Shown here piece after piece: positions 50,705 through 60,841 of a stretch of 64,000 nt of DNA. Numbering within the stretch: the first letter of the stretch is position 1; each line of letters starts with the position of its first letter. Source of the stretch: Owenia fusiformis (lineage: Eukaryota); contig CAIIXF020000001.1 in assembly GCA_903813345.2 (NCBI GenBank), positions 5,766,001-5,830,000 of the forward strand. Direction: 5' to 3'. A program made the translations under genes and the position numbers. The notes beneath the pieces were generated by a model. The model did no database searches, was not told the DNA's origin, and saw only the letters and a list, made by a program, of their open reading frames with translations.

Positions 50705-53700
50705 TTACTAATTTCAGAGAACAATTTCAAGAGGAGCAAAAGACTAACCCCCCAGTCACATTTCCCACGGCCGCCGTGCGGTCTATCTATCATTTCTGCG
50801 GCCAGTAGCTTTTCTACGCTCGCCGTAGAATTTCTGCGCTCTCATACTTTTGCAGTCACATTTCCCACGGCAGCCGCACGGTGAATTTTAAATTTCTGTT
50901 GATAAATAATACTTGACTCACTCGAAAAGTGCTTAGCTTCATCTGGGACAAATGTTTGTGCTTGTAAATGATACAGGGTGGGCAATAAAAATGAGACACT
51001 TTGTATCAGAATTTATGATCACATAGATGAACCATGCATTACATGCAAAAAGATGGGGAATTCGTTCAGCTTTAATAATATTCTTGAAGAAAATGTCTAA
51101 TATGTCTCCCTCTATTTTAGCTCTAAATCTCAGAAAATTCATCACCGTACATTATATATATGCTTAAACCTTTGCTATACCATTCATGATTCCTTCTATA
51201 CTCAGTTTGTTCTAATATCCATTGCATAATCAACCTATCATCATACCATAGTTTCATTTTTGCATAGAAACCTTGATTTTAGTTTTTGGAACAATTCATA
51301 CAAGAGGATCAAATAAACGTTATAGTTTCTTTAATAAAAAGTCACAATGTTGTCACAGTTTTATTCTTAACATAAAGGGGGTTGTCTAGGCTACAAATAA
51401 CAATGCTATGTTGTGTCGTAAAAGAACAACTTGTATTTTTACATCATATTTTATTAGTCAGTTATGTGATAGCATATTTGCTCCCATATTCTATCTTCGC
51501 TGATAAGTCTACTTGTGATCAAAGAGTAATAAAACCATAACTAACCATTGTAACGACTTATCCGAAAATATAGATAACAACCCAGGTGCTGAGGGGCGTA
51601 AGCCAGTCTAGAGATGAACCTCGATTAAGCAACAAAATTTAAGTTATGTTGCTTAATTTGTCACCATTATGTTTTAGCCCTTTCTTCTAATCTATGCTGT
51701 GGGTAGGACTTTTTTCTCCACAAAAGATAACAATATAAATCTTTCCTCACATTTTCTATAATATCAACATCTTGTCTCAATATCTTCATTTGCTCTCAAG
51801 AGGAAAGGGTATAATTAATAACGGATTCTAACAGTTCATGGCGTCTACTCCCCCATAAACACCCGGTCCACGCAACCATTAGTTTTTTGTGTCACCCGGT
51901 ATATATTTTAGATAAAACAAAACGGAGCAGCATGAAAGGACCTGTGTTTTCATTAGTATTAAGACTATTCCATGTATTTCAAAAGCCATCGTTGTAATGT
52001 TGTAAAACGTGTTATTATTTGAAAACGATCTTTCGAAGTGTAGGATGTTTGCGTTTTCAAAAAAAGATTTCACGATTTAGCCATTTAGCCACATAGGTGG
52101 TTTATTTTTGTCAAATTAGACGATTCCACCTTGTGCCTAATTCTCAAACATTTCGAGAGAAGTGTTACTGTACTATGTTTTCGGGTATAAGAAAGTCAAA
52201 GGACCTAAAGATGACTACATATGTATATGGCAATGAATTCAACCAATTTCTGGATATGGTTAGATGTGTAGAAAATAGAGGTGCATGGAAAAATGGTGAA
52301 AACCTTTTTGTTTCAAGTTGAATGCGAAAACTTTTTGACGTATCTGAGGTCATATCCTTGTCATTTTGACCCAATGGAAGCTGCTTAAGGACGAGGGTAC
52401 AGTAGTGGCGTAGCCAGGATTTGGTGACCGGGGGTTCTATTTTTATGTTATTCACAAATCCCCCCACCCCTTCATTAGGGTTCCTCAAATAATGTACAAT
52501 TACACCCCCTCCAAAAGTTTGGCAATCCTAACTAACCCATTGGATTATGTATTAAACGCATCTTTAAGTTTGATTTCTTATTTATTTTTATATTTTTAGA
52601 AAGAACTATTTTGGGAGGGGAAATATAATTCATTTTAATACCGTCATTAAGTGAAGTAGATAATTGAATTTTAATTTTATTTAACAGAAACGATTCCTTT
52701 ATTTACGTTAGCAAAGTCTGAAAGTAATAGGCTTTATCAAGAAACCTCTCCCATTGAAATAACACTGGACGTAATTGATTTTCAAAAATGACCTTGTAGC
52801 TTTGTAACTTTAATGTTCACAAAGTAGAATAAACAGGCAACGTGCAAAAAAGTCAAACAACCTATGATTAATTTTCTGCATCAAAATATATTTAGGTGAA
52901 TCTTTTATTGAATACATATCCTGAAATCTGATTTACTCCGAATCCACCATTATTTCGTCTGATTTCTGGAAGACTCTGGAGCATGATTTGTTTCCAAGGA
53001 ATATCAACTATTTCGCACAATTTTTTCTTTAACTTAAGCTACTTCATCTAGGACAAAATAAATCACCTCATGCAATGGCTTATCATAATTTTTCAGGAAT
53101 TTTGTTGGAGTCCAGTTCGGATCAAATGCAAACACCCTACTGTATACTCCGAAAGATCGTTCTTCTACGATGACTTTTCACAACGTTTACACGAAGGCTT
53201 TTTAAACTATCCGGGATAGTCGTATTACTGATGAAAATATCTATTATTCAAATAAGTGGGTCTCGGTTATGCTTTGTTTTTAAAAGTTAAAAATACTTCT
53301 TTGGATGTCCCCGGAGCTCAGTTGTAAGACCCCCGGAGCAGATCAACTGCAATTGATTATAAAAATGTTTTGGTGGATATAAATCATATATAAATACAAG
53401 CGACTGTTCGAATATAAAACGTATTTTGTTAAGTTTAGACGGCTTGATAACAAATTAGGCCTTCATTATTTGAAAATTAATACCATGTGATTTTTCAATG
53501 TTTTTTTATTATGTAATTTATTCGCTAAACATATCATCGACATTAACATGAAAATGGAGAGCAGTTAAACTGGAACGATAACAATTTGAATTCTATACCA
53601 TCTCTTAGATGAGTGGAGTGTATCTGAAAAAAAACAAATAAGTTTTTGCAATGATTGATTTTTCTTTGGAAAAGTGATTGAAAATTTATATTCGTTTGAG

Positions 53701-54167
53701 CGAAGCGAATTAAGAATATAAATACTTTCTATATATGTGCAGTGAAGTGAAGAAAAGGCATGAATCATGATTTGGTAATGTAGCATGCTGTTCGAGTTGA
53801 GCAAAGATTTTTGTGTGTTGGGCCTTGTTTAGTGAGTGAGTTTTATGAATAGAGAAGTCATTCTGGGCTTGGTCGCCGAACAGTCAACTCCAAAAAATGT
53901 TAAGCAAAATTTTTTAAAAAGCTATTTCTGCATTCAAACAGAGTTTATCTATGATTGGGTCTGATGGGTTGAGAGGTGGGGTTATACCTTTCCATAGGGC
54001 ATCGACTTCAGTCGAATAGCATCTTTGGTTTTAATGGTGATCAACCACCTTGATATCAATCAGGCAACAATTAAACGTTGCATACAACCTGTTTTACTAA
54101 TTGTACAATATACCCGGCACAGTTTCTGCCATATGTACACGTATACTAGGATTTACAATGAGCAGGC

Positions 54168-54322
54168 TGTCATAATATATAGTCTTAACAATTATGTAAG
54201 CATTCATCAGACTGTACCATGTGCTTTTGTTGTTATGATTATTATGTAAATAGGTCACGTGACCAGATATGATGCAACAATAAATCGATACTTAGAAGTC
54301 ACTGATCTATGAGTTCAGTTCA
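54168..54322 (+). repeat. 5' LTR
   Basis: Direct repeat of 58847-59001. Confidence 0.96.
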
Positions 54323-54391
54323 TGGTGTCTAGATTGGGATTGAAATTTGGAATTTCATAGTTAAAATAATAGCTTGGAGTTATTATACAAT

Positions 54392-57300
54392 ATGGCCTAC
54401 AAACTAGAACCACCAGAGATCTTCGACGTGACCAAGCCGAGAGAGTGGCGACACTGGAAGGCACGTTTCACGAGGTTTAAGTCTGCTGCAAATTTGACGG
54501 GTCAAGATGGCGGTCAAAATGAAGGCGATGTTCGAGATGATACAAATGTCATTGACACGCTAATATACTGTATGGGAAGTAATGCAGAGACTATTTACAA
54601 GACATTCGTATATGCGGAGGGTGAAAACAAGAAGTCGTACGAAACTATTATGGAAAAATTCGACCATTATTTTATGCCCAAAGTTAACCTGATCGAGGAG
54701 CAGAAGACATTTCATTCCATGGTTCAGAAATCAGGTGAGACTTGCGATAGCTTTTTACGTCGTTTATATGATCATGGGGACGTTTGCGAGTTCGAAAATA
54801 CAGAGAGGGAAATCATGCATCAGTTTATAAATGGGATGTTGAACTCTGATCTAGCTGAGAAAGTCAAAATTATGGACTATAAAAAGCTGACACTTGCGAA
54901 AGTTATCGAAATGGCGCGAATAAGGGAGCATGTCGCACCCGTGCATACACAATTGGAAACCCCGCATGTCGATGACGTCACCAGGAGGGGTCGTGTCAAG
55001 TCAAAGAAGGACTCTGGCAGTAAGTTTAAATGTACAAAATGTGGACTATCTCATAAGAAGAGAGAGTGTCCTGCATATGGCAAAAACTGTCTAAAGTGTG
55101 GATTAATGAATCACTTCAAACGCTGCTGCAAGACAATTGATATAAAACATGACAAAAAGAAATTGCATGAAGTTGAACATGTCCATGATGATTATGGATC
55201 TGATGATACTGACTGTTTGTTCCTGAGTGACTTGGTCACAGATACACAATCATGTGATACATCTACATTTATACAATCGTGTGATCCAGCAATACAAGTG
55301 TGTGATCCAGCAATACAAGTGTGTGATCCAGATACACAATCATGTGATACATCTACATTTATACAATCGTTTGATCCAGCTATACAAGTGTGCGATCCAA
55401 ATACACAGTCGTGTGATCCAGCTAATCATTCATGTGATCCTGTTACTATAATATGTGATTGTGATGATGTTATATGTCACAATGATAGTTCACCACCACC
55501 TGATATTATATATGATATTGATAACATGCAACAGGATACCTGTGTAGATAATGATATGTGTGATTTTGATGAAGTACATGAAGTGGTCGAAGAACCACCA
55601 TGGTTGATTAATCTAAATATAAATGGTGAAAACATGTGTTTTAAAATTGATAGTGGTGCTGATGCTTCGGTTATTTCTGTAGATGCATACAAAAGAATGA
55701 AAATTAACCGTCCAGTGCTAAGTAAACCTACTGCAAAATTTCAGAGCCCTGGGGGTAAAGTTAAGTGCATAGGAGCATTTGTTGCTAGGGTTGTATTCAA
55801 TGGTAGTAAAGTGTACAAAACAACAATTCATGTAGTTGATAGCTCAAATTCAGCTAATTTGTTATCCAGGGGGGCTGCTACAAGTATGGGTCTCATGAAA
55901 CGTTTGAATAACCTGGATATCAAAGATCCTAGCATGTATGGGGAAATTGGGGATGTAAAATGTAATCCTGTTTCCATTACATTGAAACCTAATGCACAGC
56001 CTTATAGTATTTCTGCACCAAGACGTGTAAGTTTACCTTTGATGCCTAAGGTCAAGGCTAAGTTGAATAAATTGTGTGAACAAGGTGTCATAACACCAGT
56101 AACAGAGCCTGTTGATTGGTGTGCTCCTATTGTATGTGCAGAAAAGAAAAATGATTCTGAGCCTAGAATATGTGTTGACTTGAGAAAACTTAATGCTAGC
56201 ATAAAAAGAGAAAAGTTTGTTCTTCCAACTACTGATGATCTTGTGCATAAACTTAAAAGATCTACCGTATTCTCTACATTAGATGCTTCAAGTAGTTTTC
56301 ATGGTTTGCGGCTCGATGAGAATAGTTCGAAACTCACAACTTTTATTACACCATTCGGGCGGTATAGATACTTACGCATGCCGTTTGGGTTGAATTTTGC
56401 GAGTGAGAAATATCAAAGTGTGATGATGGATATATTTAAAAATCATGCCGGTGTAGAAATCATAATTGATGACATGATAGTTCACGGGAAAGATAAAGAA
56501 GAGCATGATACGCGATTAGCTGCAGTTTTGGCTACTATAAAAGAATATGGTATAAAACTCAATCAGCGTAAATGCAAGTTCGCTCAAAAGGAAGTTATAT
56601 TTTTCGGGCTAAAAATTTCAGCGAAGGGGATAAGTCCTACCGAAGATAAGGTACGCGCAATATGTAAAATTAAGCGACCGGAAGATAAATCAGCTGTTAG
56701 ACGCTTCTTGGGAATGGTAAACTATTTAGGTAAGTTTGTTCCTAATATGTCTACTGTCGCTGCACCGCTGCATGTTTTATTGCGGAAAGATACCGTATTC
56801 GCTTGGGATAGTGCACAGCAAGCTGCTTTTGACAAAATAAAGCAACTTATAAGTAAAGCGCCAGTCTTAGCATTTTATGATGTTGAAAAACCAACTATTG
56901 TTTGTGCCGATAGTAGTTCTTTTGGACTGGGTGCTTGTTTGTTTCAACGTCACGGTCCGGATGATGTTCGACCTGTTTGCTATGCATCCCGCACTTTGAG
57001 TGATGCTGAAAAGAAATATGCGATGATAGAAAAGGAATGCCTAGCATCGGTATGGGCATCCGAGAGATTTAGTCGGTATTTGATTGGTTTGGATGAATAT
57101 GAGTTGATCAGTGATCATCGTCCACTGATTCCGCTCATAAATACAAAAGATATAGATCAAACACCGATTCGTTGTCAAAGATTGCTAATGAGACTAATGC
57201 GATTTAACCCGAAAGCAAGATATGTACCTGGCAAGGATCCAGAAATGGTTATTGCGGATTGTCTTAGTCGCGCTCCATTGCCAGATTGCGAGGAGAAATG

Positions 57301-58750
57301 TGAAATAGAGTCTCAACAAGAAGTTGAAAGATATTTATGTCATGTTGAAGACAATAGACCGATTGCGGATTATTTGATAAACCAGATAAAGACTGTTACT
57401 TCTACTGATTCGGAACTTGAACTTGTTAAAGACTATATTGTGCATGGTTGGCCAAATTCAATAAAGTCAGTTCCAACAGATATTAAAATGTACTATAAAG
57501 ATCAAGGTATGCTTTCTATATACAATGGAATAGTTACATTTGGTTCAAGAATAGTAGTACCAAGATCGTTGCGACCGGATATATTACAAAGAATTCATGA
57601 TGGACATTTAGGAATTTCAAAATGTCGCGAAAGAGCCAAACAAAGTGTATGGTGGCCCGGCATAAGTTCAGATATTCAGTCGGTTGTTATGAAATGTGAT
57701 CATTGTTTAACACATAGTAATACTCAGAGAAAACAACCTTTGATTCCAACTCCATTACCAGTCCGTCCATGGAGTCACATATGTGCAGATTTGTGTGAAT
57801 ATGAAATGAAACATTATCTTGTTGTTGTGGATTATTACTCAAGATTTCCTGAGGTAGCACTAATGAATAAAGATACAACTGCGCGAAATGTGATTGATAA
57901 GATGAAAAGCATCTTCGCACGTTTTGGGTTGCCTGATGAGTTAACCAGTGATAATGGTCCTCAGTTTACCAGTAATGAATTTGCGGATTTTGCTAATGAC
58001 TATGACTTTAAACATACCACTAGTTCGCCACATTTTCCACAGGCCAATGGGCAAATCGAGCGTGGTGTCCAGATAATTAAGCGTTTTCTAACTCAGAAAG
58101 ACCCTTGCAAAGCATTATTAGCATACAGGTCAACACCAATTCAAGCTACAGGATTTTCACCTGCACAAATGCTAATGGGTAGACAGTTGAGAACTACAAT
58201 ACCAACTATGCCTTGTAACCTAATGCCAAAGTGGCCTAATCTTAAAAATGTTGCAAAACGAGATAAAATTACCAAACAGTCATATAAACGTTACTATGAC
58301 AACCATCATGGGGTAAGGGATTTGGTTCCTTTGATTCCAGGAGATTCAGTGCGTATTAAACATGATAAAGAATCTGATTGGTCAATTAAGGGTATTGTTC
58401 AATCCAAGCATGATGCTCCTAGGTCATATATTGTAAAAACAGATAGGGGACTATATAGACGCAATAGACGTCATATAATGCCAGATAAGACAGATGTGAA
58501 GTTTCATGATAATCCTTCTCACACTCTTGAAAAGTCATATCTGCCTCAAGTTCCTGTTGTACCAATTATAGATCCACCCACTAATTGTGATAATAAACAG
58601 CCAAGTGATGCACCACTTCCAGTTACACAAGTGCAATCACCTGGTAAAATTAAACCTGACATTAGTGTGTGTCCTACTGACAGTAAACCAGTCACTCGTG
58701 CCAGTAGAGGCCTTATAATAAAAAGACCTGCAAGATATTGTAGTGATTAG
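54392..58750 (+). CDS. Gag-Pol polyprotein (gag with two Zn knuckles, aspartic protease, RT, RNase H, integrase)
   Basis: Single uninterrupted ORF with first ATG at 54392. Motifs: CTKCGLSH..C and CLKCGLMNH..C, IDSGA, RMPFGL..IIDD, ADSS..GLGA..EKE..DH, HDGH..CDHC, DYYSR..SDNGPQF..GQIER. Domain order PR-RT-RH-IN. Confidence 0.96.
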   Translation: MAYKLEPPEIFDVTKPREWRHWKARFTRFKSAANLTGQDGGQNEGDVRDDTNVIDTLIYCMGSNAETIYKTFVYAEGENKKSYETIMEKFDHYFMPKVNLIEEQKTFHSMVQKSGETCDSFLRRLYDHGDVCEFENTEREIMHQFINGMLNSDLAEKVKIMDYKKLTLAKVIEMARIREHVAPVHTQLETPHVDDVTRRGRVKSKKDSGSKFKCTKCGLSHKKRECPAYGKNCLKCGLMNHFKRCCKTIDIKHDKKKLHEVEHVHDDYGSDDTDCLFLSDLVTDTQSCDTSTFIQSCDPAIQVCDPAIQVCDPDTQSCDTSTFIQSFDPAIQVCDPNTQSCDPANHSCDPVTIICDCDDVICHNDSSPPPDIIYDIDNMQQDTCVDNDMCDFDEVHEVVEEPPWLINLNINGENMCFKIDSGADASVISVDAYKRMKINRPVLSKPTAKFQSPGGKVKCIGAFVARVVFNGSKVYKTTIHVVDSSNSANLLSRGAATSMGLMKRLNNLDIKDPSMYGEIGDVKCNPVSITLKPNAQPYSISAPRRVSLPLMPKVKAKLNKLCEQGVITPVTEPVDWCAPIVCAEKKNDSEPRICVDLRKLNASIKREKFVLPTTDDLVHKLKRSTVFSTLDASSSFHGLRLDENSSKLTTFITPFGRYRYLRMPFGLNFASEKYQSVMMDIFKNHAGVEIIIDDMIVHGKDKEEHDTRLAAVLATIKEYGIKLNQRKCKFAQKEVIFFGLKISAKGISPTEDKVRAICKIKRPEDKSAVRRFLGMVNYLGKFVPNMSTVAAPLHVLLRKDTVFAWDSAQQAAFDKIKQLISKAPVLAFYDVEKPTIVCADSSSFGLGACLFQRHGPDDVRPVCYASRTLSDAEKKYAMIEKECLASVWASERFSRYLIGLDEYELISDHRPLIPLINTKDIDQTPIRCQRLLMRLMRFNPKARYVPGKDPEMVIADCLSRAPLPDCEEKCEIESQQEVERYLCHVEDNRPIADYLINQIKTVTSTDSELELVKDYIVHGWPNSIKSVPTDIKMYYKDQGMLSIYNGIVTFGSRIVVPRSLRPDILQRIHDGHLGISKCRERAKQSVWWPGISSDIQSVVMKCDHCLTHSNTQRKQPLIPTPLPVRPWSHICADLCEYEMKHYLVVVDYYSRFPEVALMNKDTTARNVIDKMKSIFARFGLPDELTSDNGPQFTSNEFADFANDYDFKHTTSSPHFPQANGQIERGVQIIKRFLTQKDPCKALLAYRSTPIQATGFSPAQMLMGRQLRTTIPTMPCNLMPKWPNLKNVAKRDKITKQSYKRYYDNHHGVRDLVPLIPGDSVRIKHDKESDWSIKGIVQSKHDAPRSYIVKTDRGLYRRNRRHIMPDKTDVKFHDNPSHTLEKSYLPQVPVVPIIDPPTNCDNKQPSDAPLPVTQVQSPGKIKPDISVCPTDSKPVTRASRGLIIKRPARYCSD

Positions 58751-58846
58751 AAACAGATTTATTTGATTAATACAGTGATATAATATTAACACTTACTTGA
58801 AACGTTTTAAACTAAAATGATTGTTCATTTTTGGAAAAAAGGAAGA

Positions 58847-59001
58847 TGTCATAATATATAGTCTTAACAATTATGTAAGCATTCATCAGACTGTACCATG
58901 TGCTTTTGTTGTTATGATTATTATGTAAATAGGTCACGTGACCAGATATGATGCAACAATAAATCGATACTTAGAAGTCACTGATCTATGAGTTCAGTTC
59001 A
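58847..59001 (+). repeat. 3' LTR
   Basis: Direct repeat of 54168-54322. Confidence 0.96.
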
Positions 59002-59559
59002 CAGGCCATGCAAACAGTCTTACAAAACGATATCTATTAAAAGTATTGTAAAGATCTTGTCACATGTACACATATACTAGTATTTACAAATAAAGGGTAG
59101 CGACCACAAGCCAAAGCTAGATCTAAATTAAAGCTGGGTTGTGTTGTGTAACATGCCGTGTACGTAACGTAACGTACAGAATAGAATGGTAAATAAATAC
59201 TGAACAAATGAAAGAATGAATAAATTGAACAAATGCTTGTGTTTATAAATGATATACGCTTTTAAATAATTCATTTCACAACGTTTTTAATTATTTAACG
59301 CAATTGGTTTCGGGGACTTGCCAGCCCAAGGGACGTCCCAAGAAATATTTTAAATTGTTAATTGAAATAGAACCAAACAGATGTGTACACATTCGAAAGA
59401 ACATGTGTTTCATCAATATTACGACTATTCCAGATATTTACTCGTCAATGTTGTAAAAATCATTCGGAGTATGGGATGTCTTAGCATTGTTTTCAATAAC
59501 TTTCAATAACTTCGTATTGGACCAGAACTGGCTTAAAACAAAATTCCTACAAAGGACTG

Positions 59560-60841
59560 ATTTAGCCATTGCCCAGGTTATGTATAGGTGCCTGACACAG
59601 TGTAGCAATGTACAGTGTTTATGTATACATGTAGGAGCTTGAAACAATGTAGTAACTAATATATTCTATGTAACATGTAAAGGTATGTACCCCGCTTACC
59701 CCGCTTACCCCATGGTATGTGTAGGAGCTGTCTCACAGTGTAGCAATGTAGAGAATACATGTAAAGGTATGTACCCCGCTTACCCCGCTTACCCCATGGT
59801 ATGTGTAGGAGCTGTCTCACAGTGTAGCAATGTAGAGTATACAGGTAAGGATATGTACCCCGTTTACCCCGCTTTCCAGCCTATGTATAGGTGCTTGACA
59901 CAGTGTAGCAATGTGTAGCAATGTAGAGTATACATGTAAAGGTATGCACCCCGCTTACCCCGCTTACCCCACTCCCATGGTATGTGTAGAAGCTGCCTCA
60001 CAGTGTAGCAATGTAGAGTATACAGGTAAGGATATGTACCCCGTTTACCCCGCTTTCCAGCCTATGTATAGGTGCTTGACACAGTGTAGCAATGTGTAGC
60101 AATGTAGAGTATACATGTAAAGGTATGCACCCCGCTTACCCCGCTTACCCCACTCCCATGGTATGTGTAGAAGCTGCCTCACAGTGTAGCAATGTAGAGT
60201 TTACAGGTAAGGATATGTACCCCGTTTACCCCGCTTTCCAGCCTATGTATAGGTGCTTGACACAGTGTAGCAATGTGTAGCAATGTAGAGTATACATGTA
60301 AAGGTATGCACCCCGCTTACCCCGCTTACCCCACTCCCATTGTATGTGTAGAAGCTGCCTCACAGTGTAGCAATGTAGAGTTTACAGGTAAGGATATGTA
60401 CCCCGTTTACCCCGCTTTCCAGCCTATGTATAGGTGCTTGACACAGTGTAGCAATGTGTAGCAATGTAGAGTATACATGTAAAGGTATGCACCCCGCTTA
60501 CCCCGCTTACCCCACTCCCATGGTATGTGTAGAAGCTGCCTCACAGTGTAGCAATGTAGAGTTTACAGGTAAGGATATGTACCCCGTTTACCCCGCTTTC
60601 CAGCCTATGTATAGGTGCTTGACACAGTGTAGCAATGTGTAGCAATGTAGAGTATACATGTAAAGGTATGCACCCCGCTTACCCCGCTTACCCCACCTCC
60701 ATGGTATGTGTAGAAGCTGCCTCACAGTGTAGCAATGTAGAGTTTACAGGTAAGGATATGTACCCCGTTTACCCCGCTTTCCAGCCTATGTATAGGTGCT
60801 TGACACAGTGTAGCAATGTGTAGCAATGTAGAGTATACATG
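59560..60841. repeat. Tandem array, 181-bp higher-order unit made of two related 80-90-bp monomers, about 7 copies
   Basis: Near-identical ORFs recur every 181 bp (59911, 60092, 60273, 60454, 60635); core ATGTACCCCGYTTACCCCGC. Confidence 0.95.

Larger units (their letters stand above)
54168..59001 (+). mobile_element. Full-length Ty3/Gypsy LTR retrotransposon (Mag-like)
   Basis: 155-bp TG..CA LTRs at 54168-54322 and 58847-59001, identical by eye. 5-bp TSD CAGGC. PBS TGGTGTCTAGATTGGGATT from 54323 (tRNA-Leu-like). PPT GGAAAAAAGGAAGA at 58833-58846. Confidence 0.97.

Noticed and set aside
51835..51860. piggyBac-like (M)GGVD motif on the minus strand
   Set aside because: It needs a frameshift and the flanking piggyBac motifs are not recognisable.
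56455..56475. IIDD instead of YxDD as a sign of a dead RT
   Set aside because: Both catalytic aspartates are retained and the rest of the element is intact; first-position variation is known in Gypsy RTs.
59685..60823. Six near-identical 62-77 aa ORFs suggesting a peptide gene cluster
   Set aside because: They are translations of a 181-bp tandem repeat whose period is not divisible by 3, with no splice or promoter evidence.
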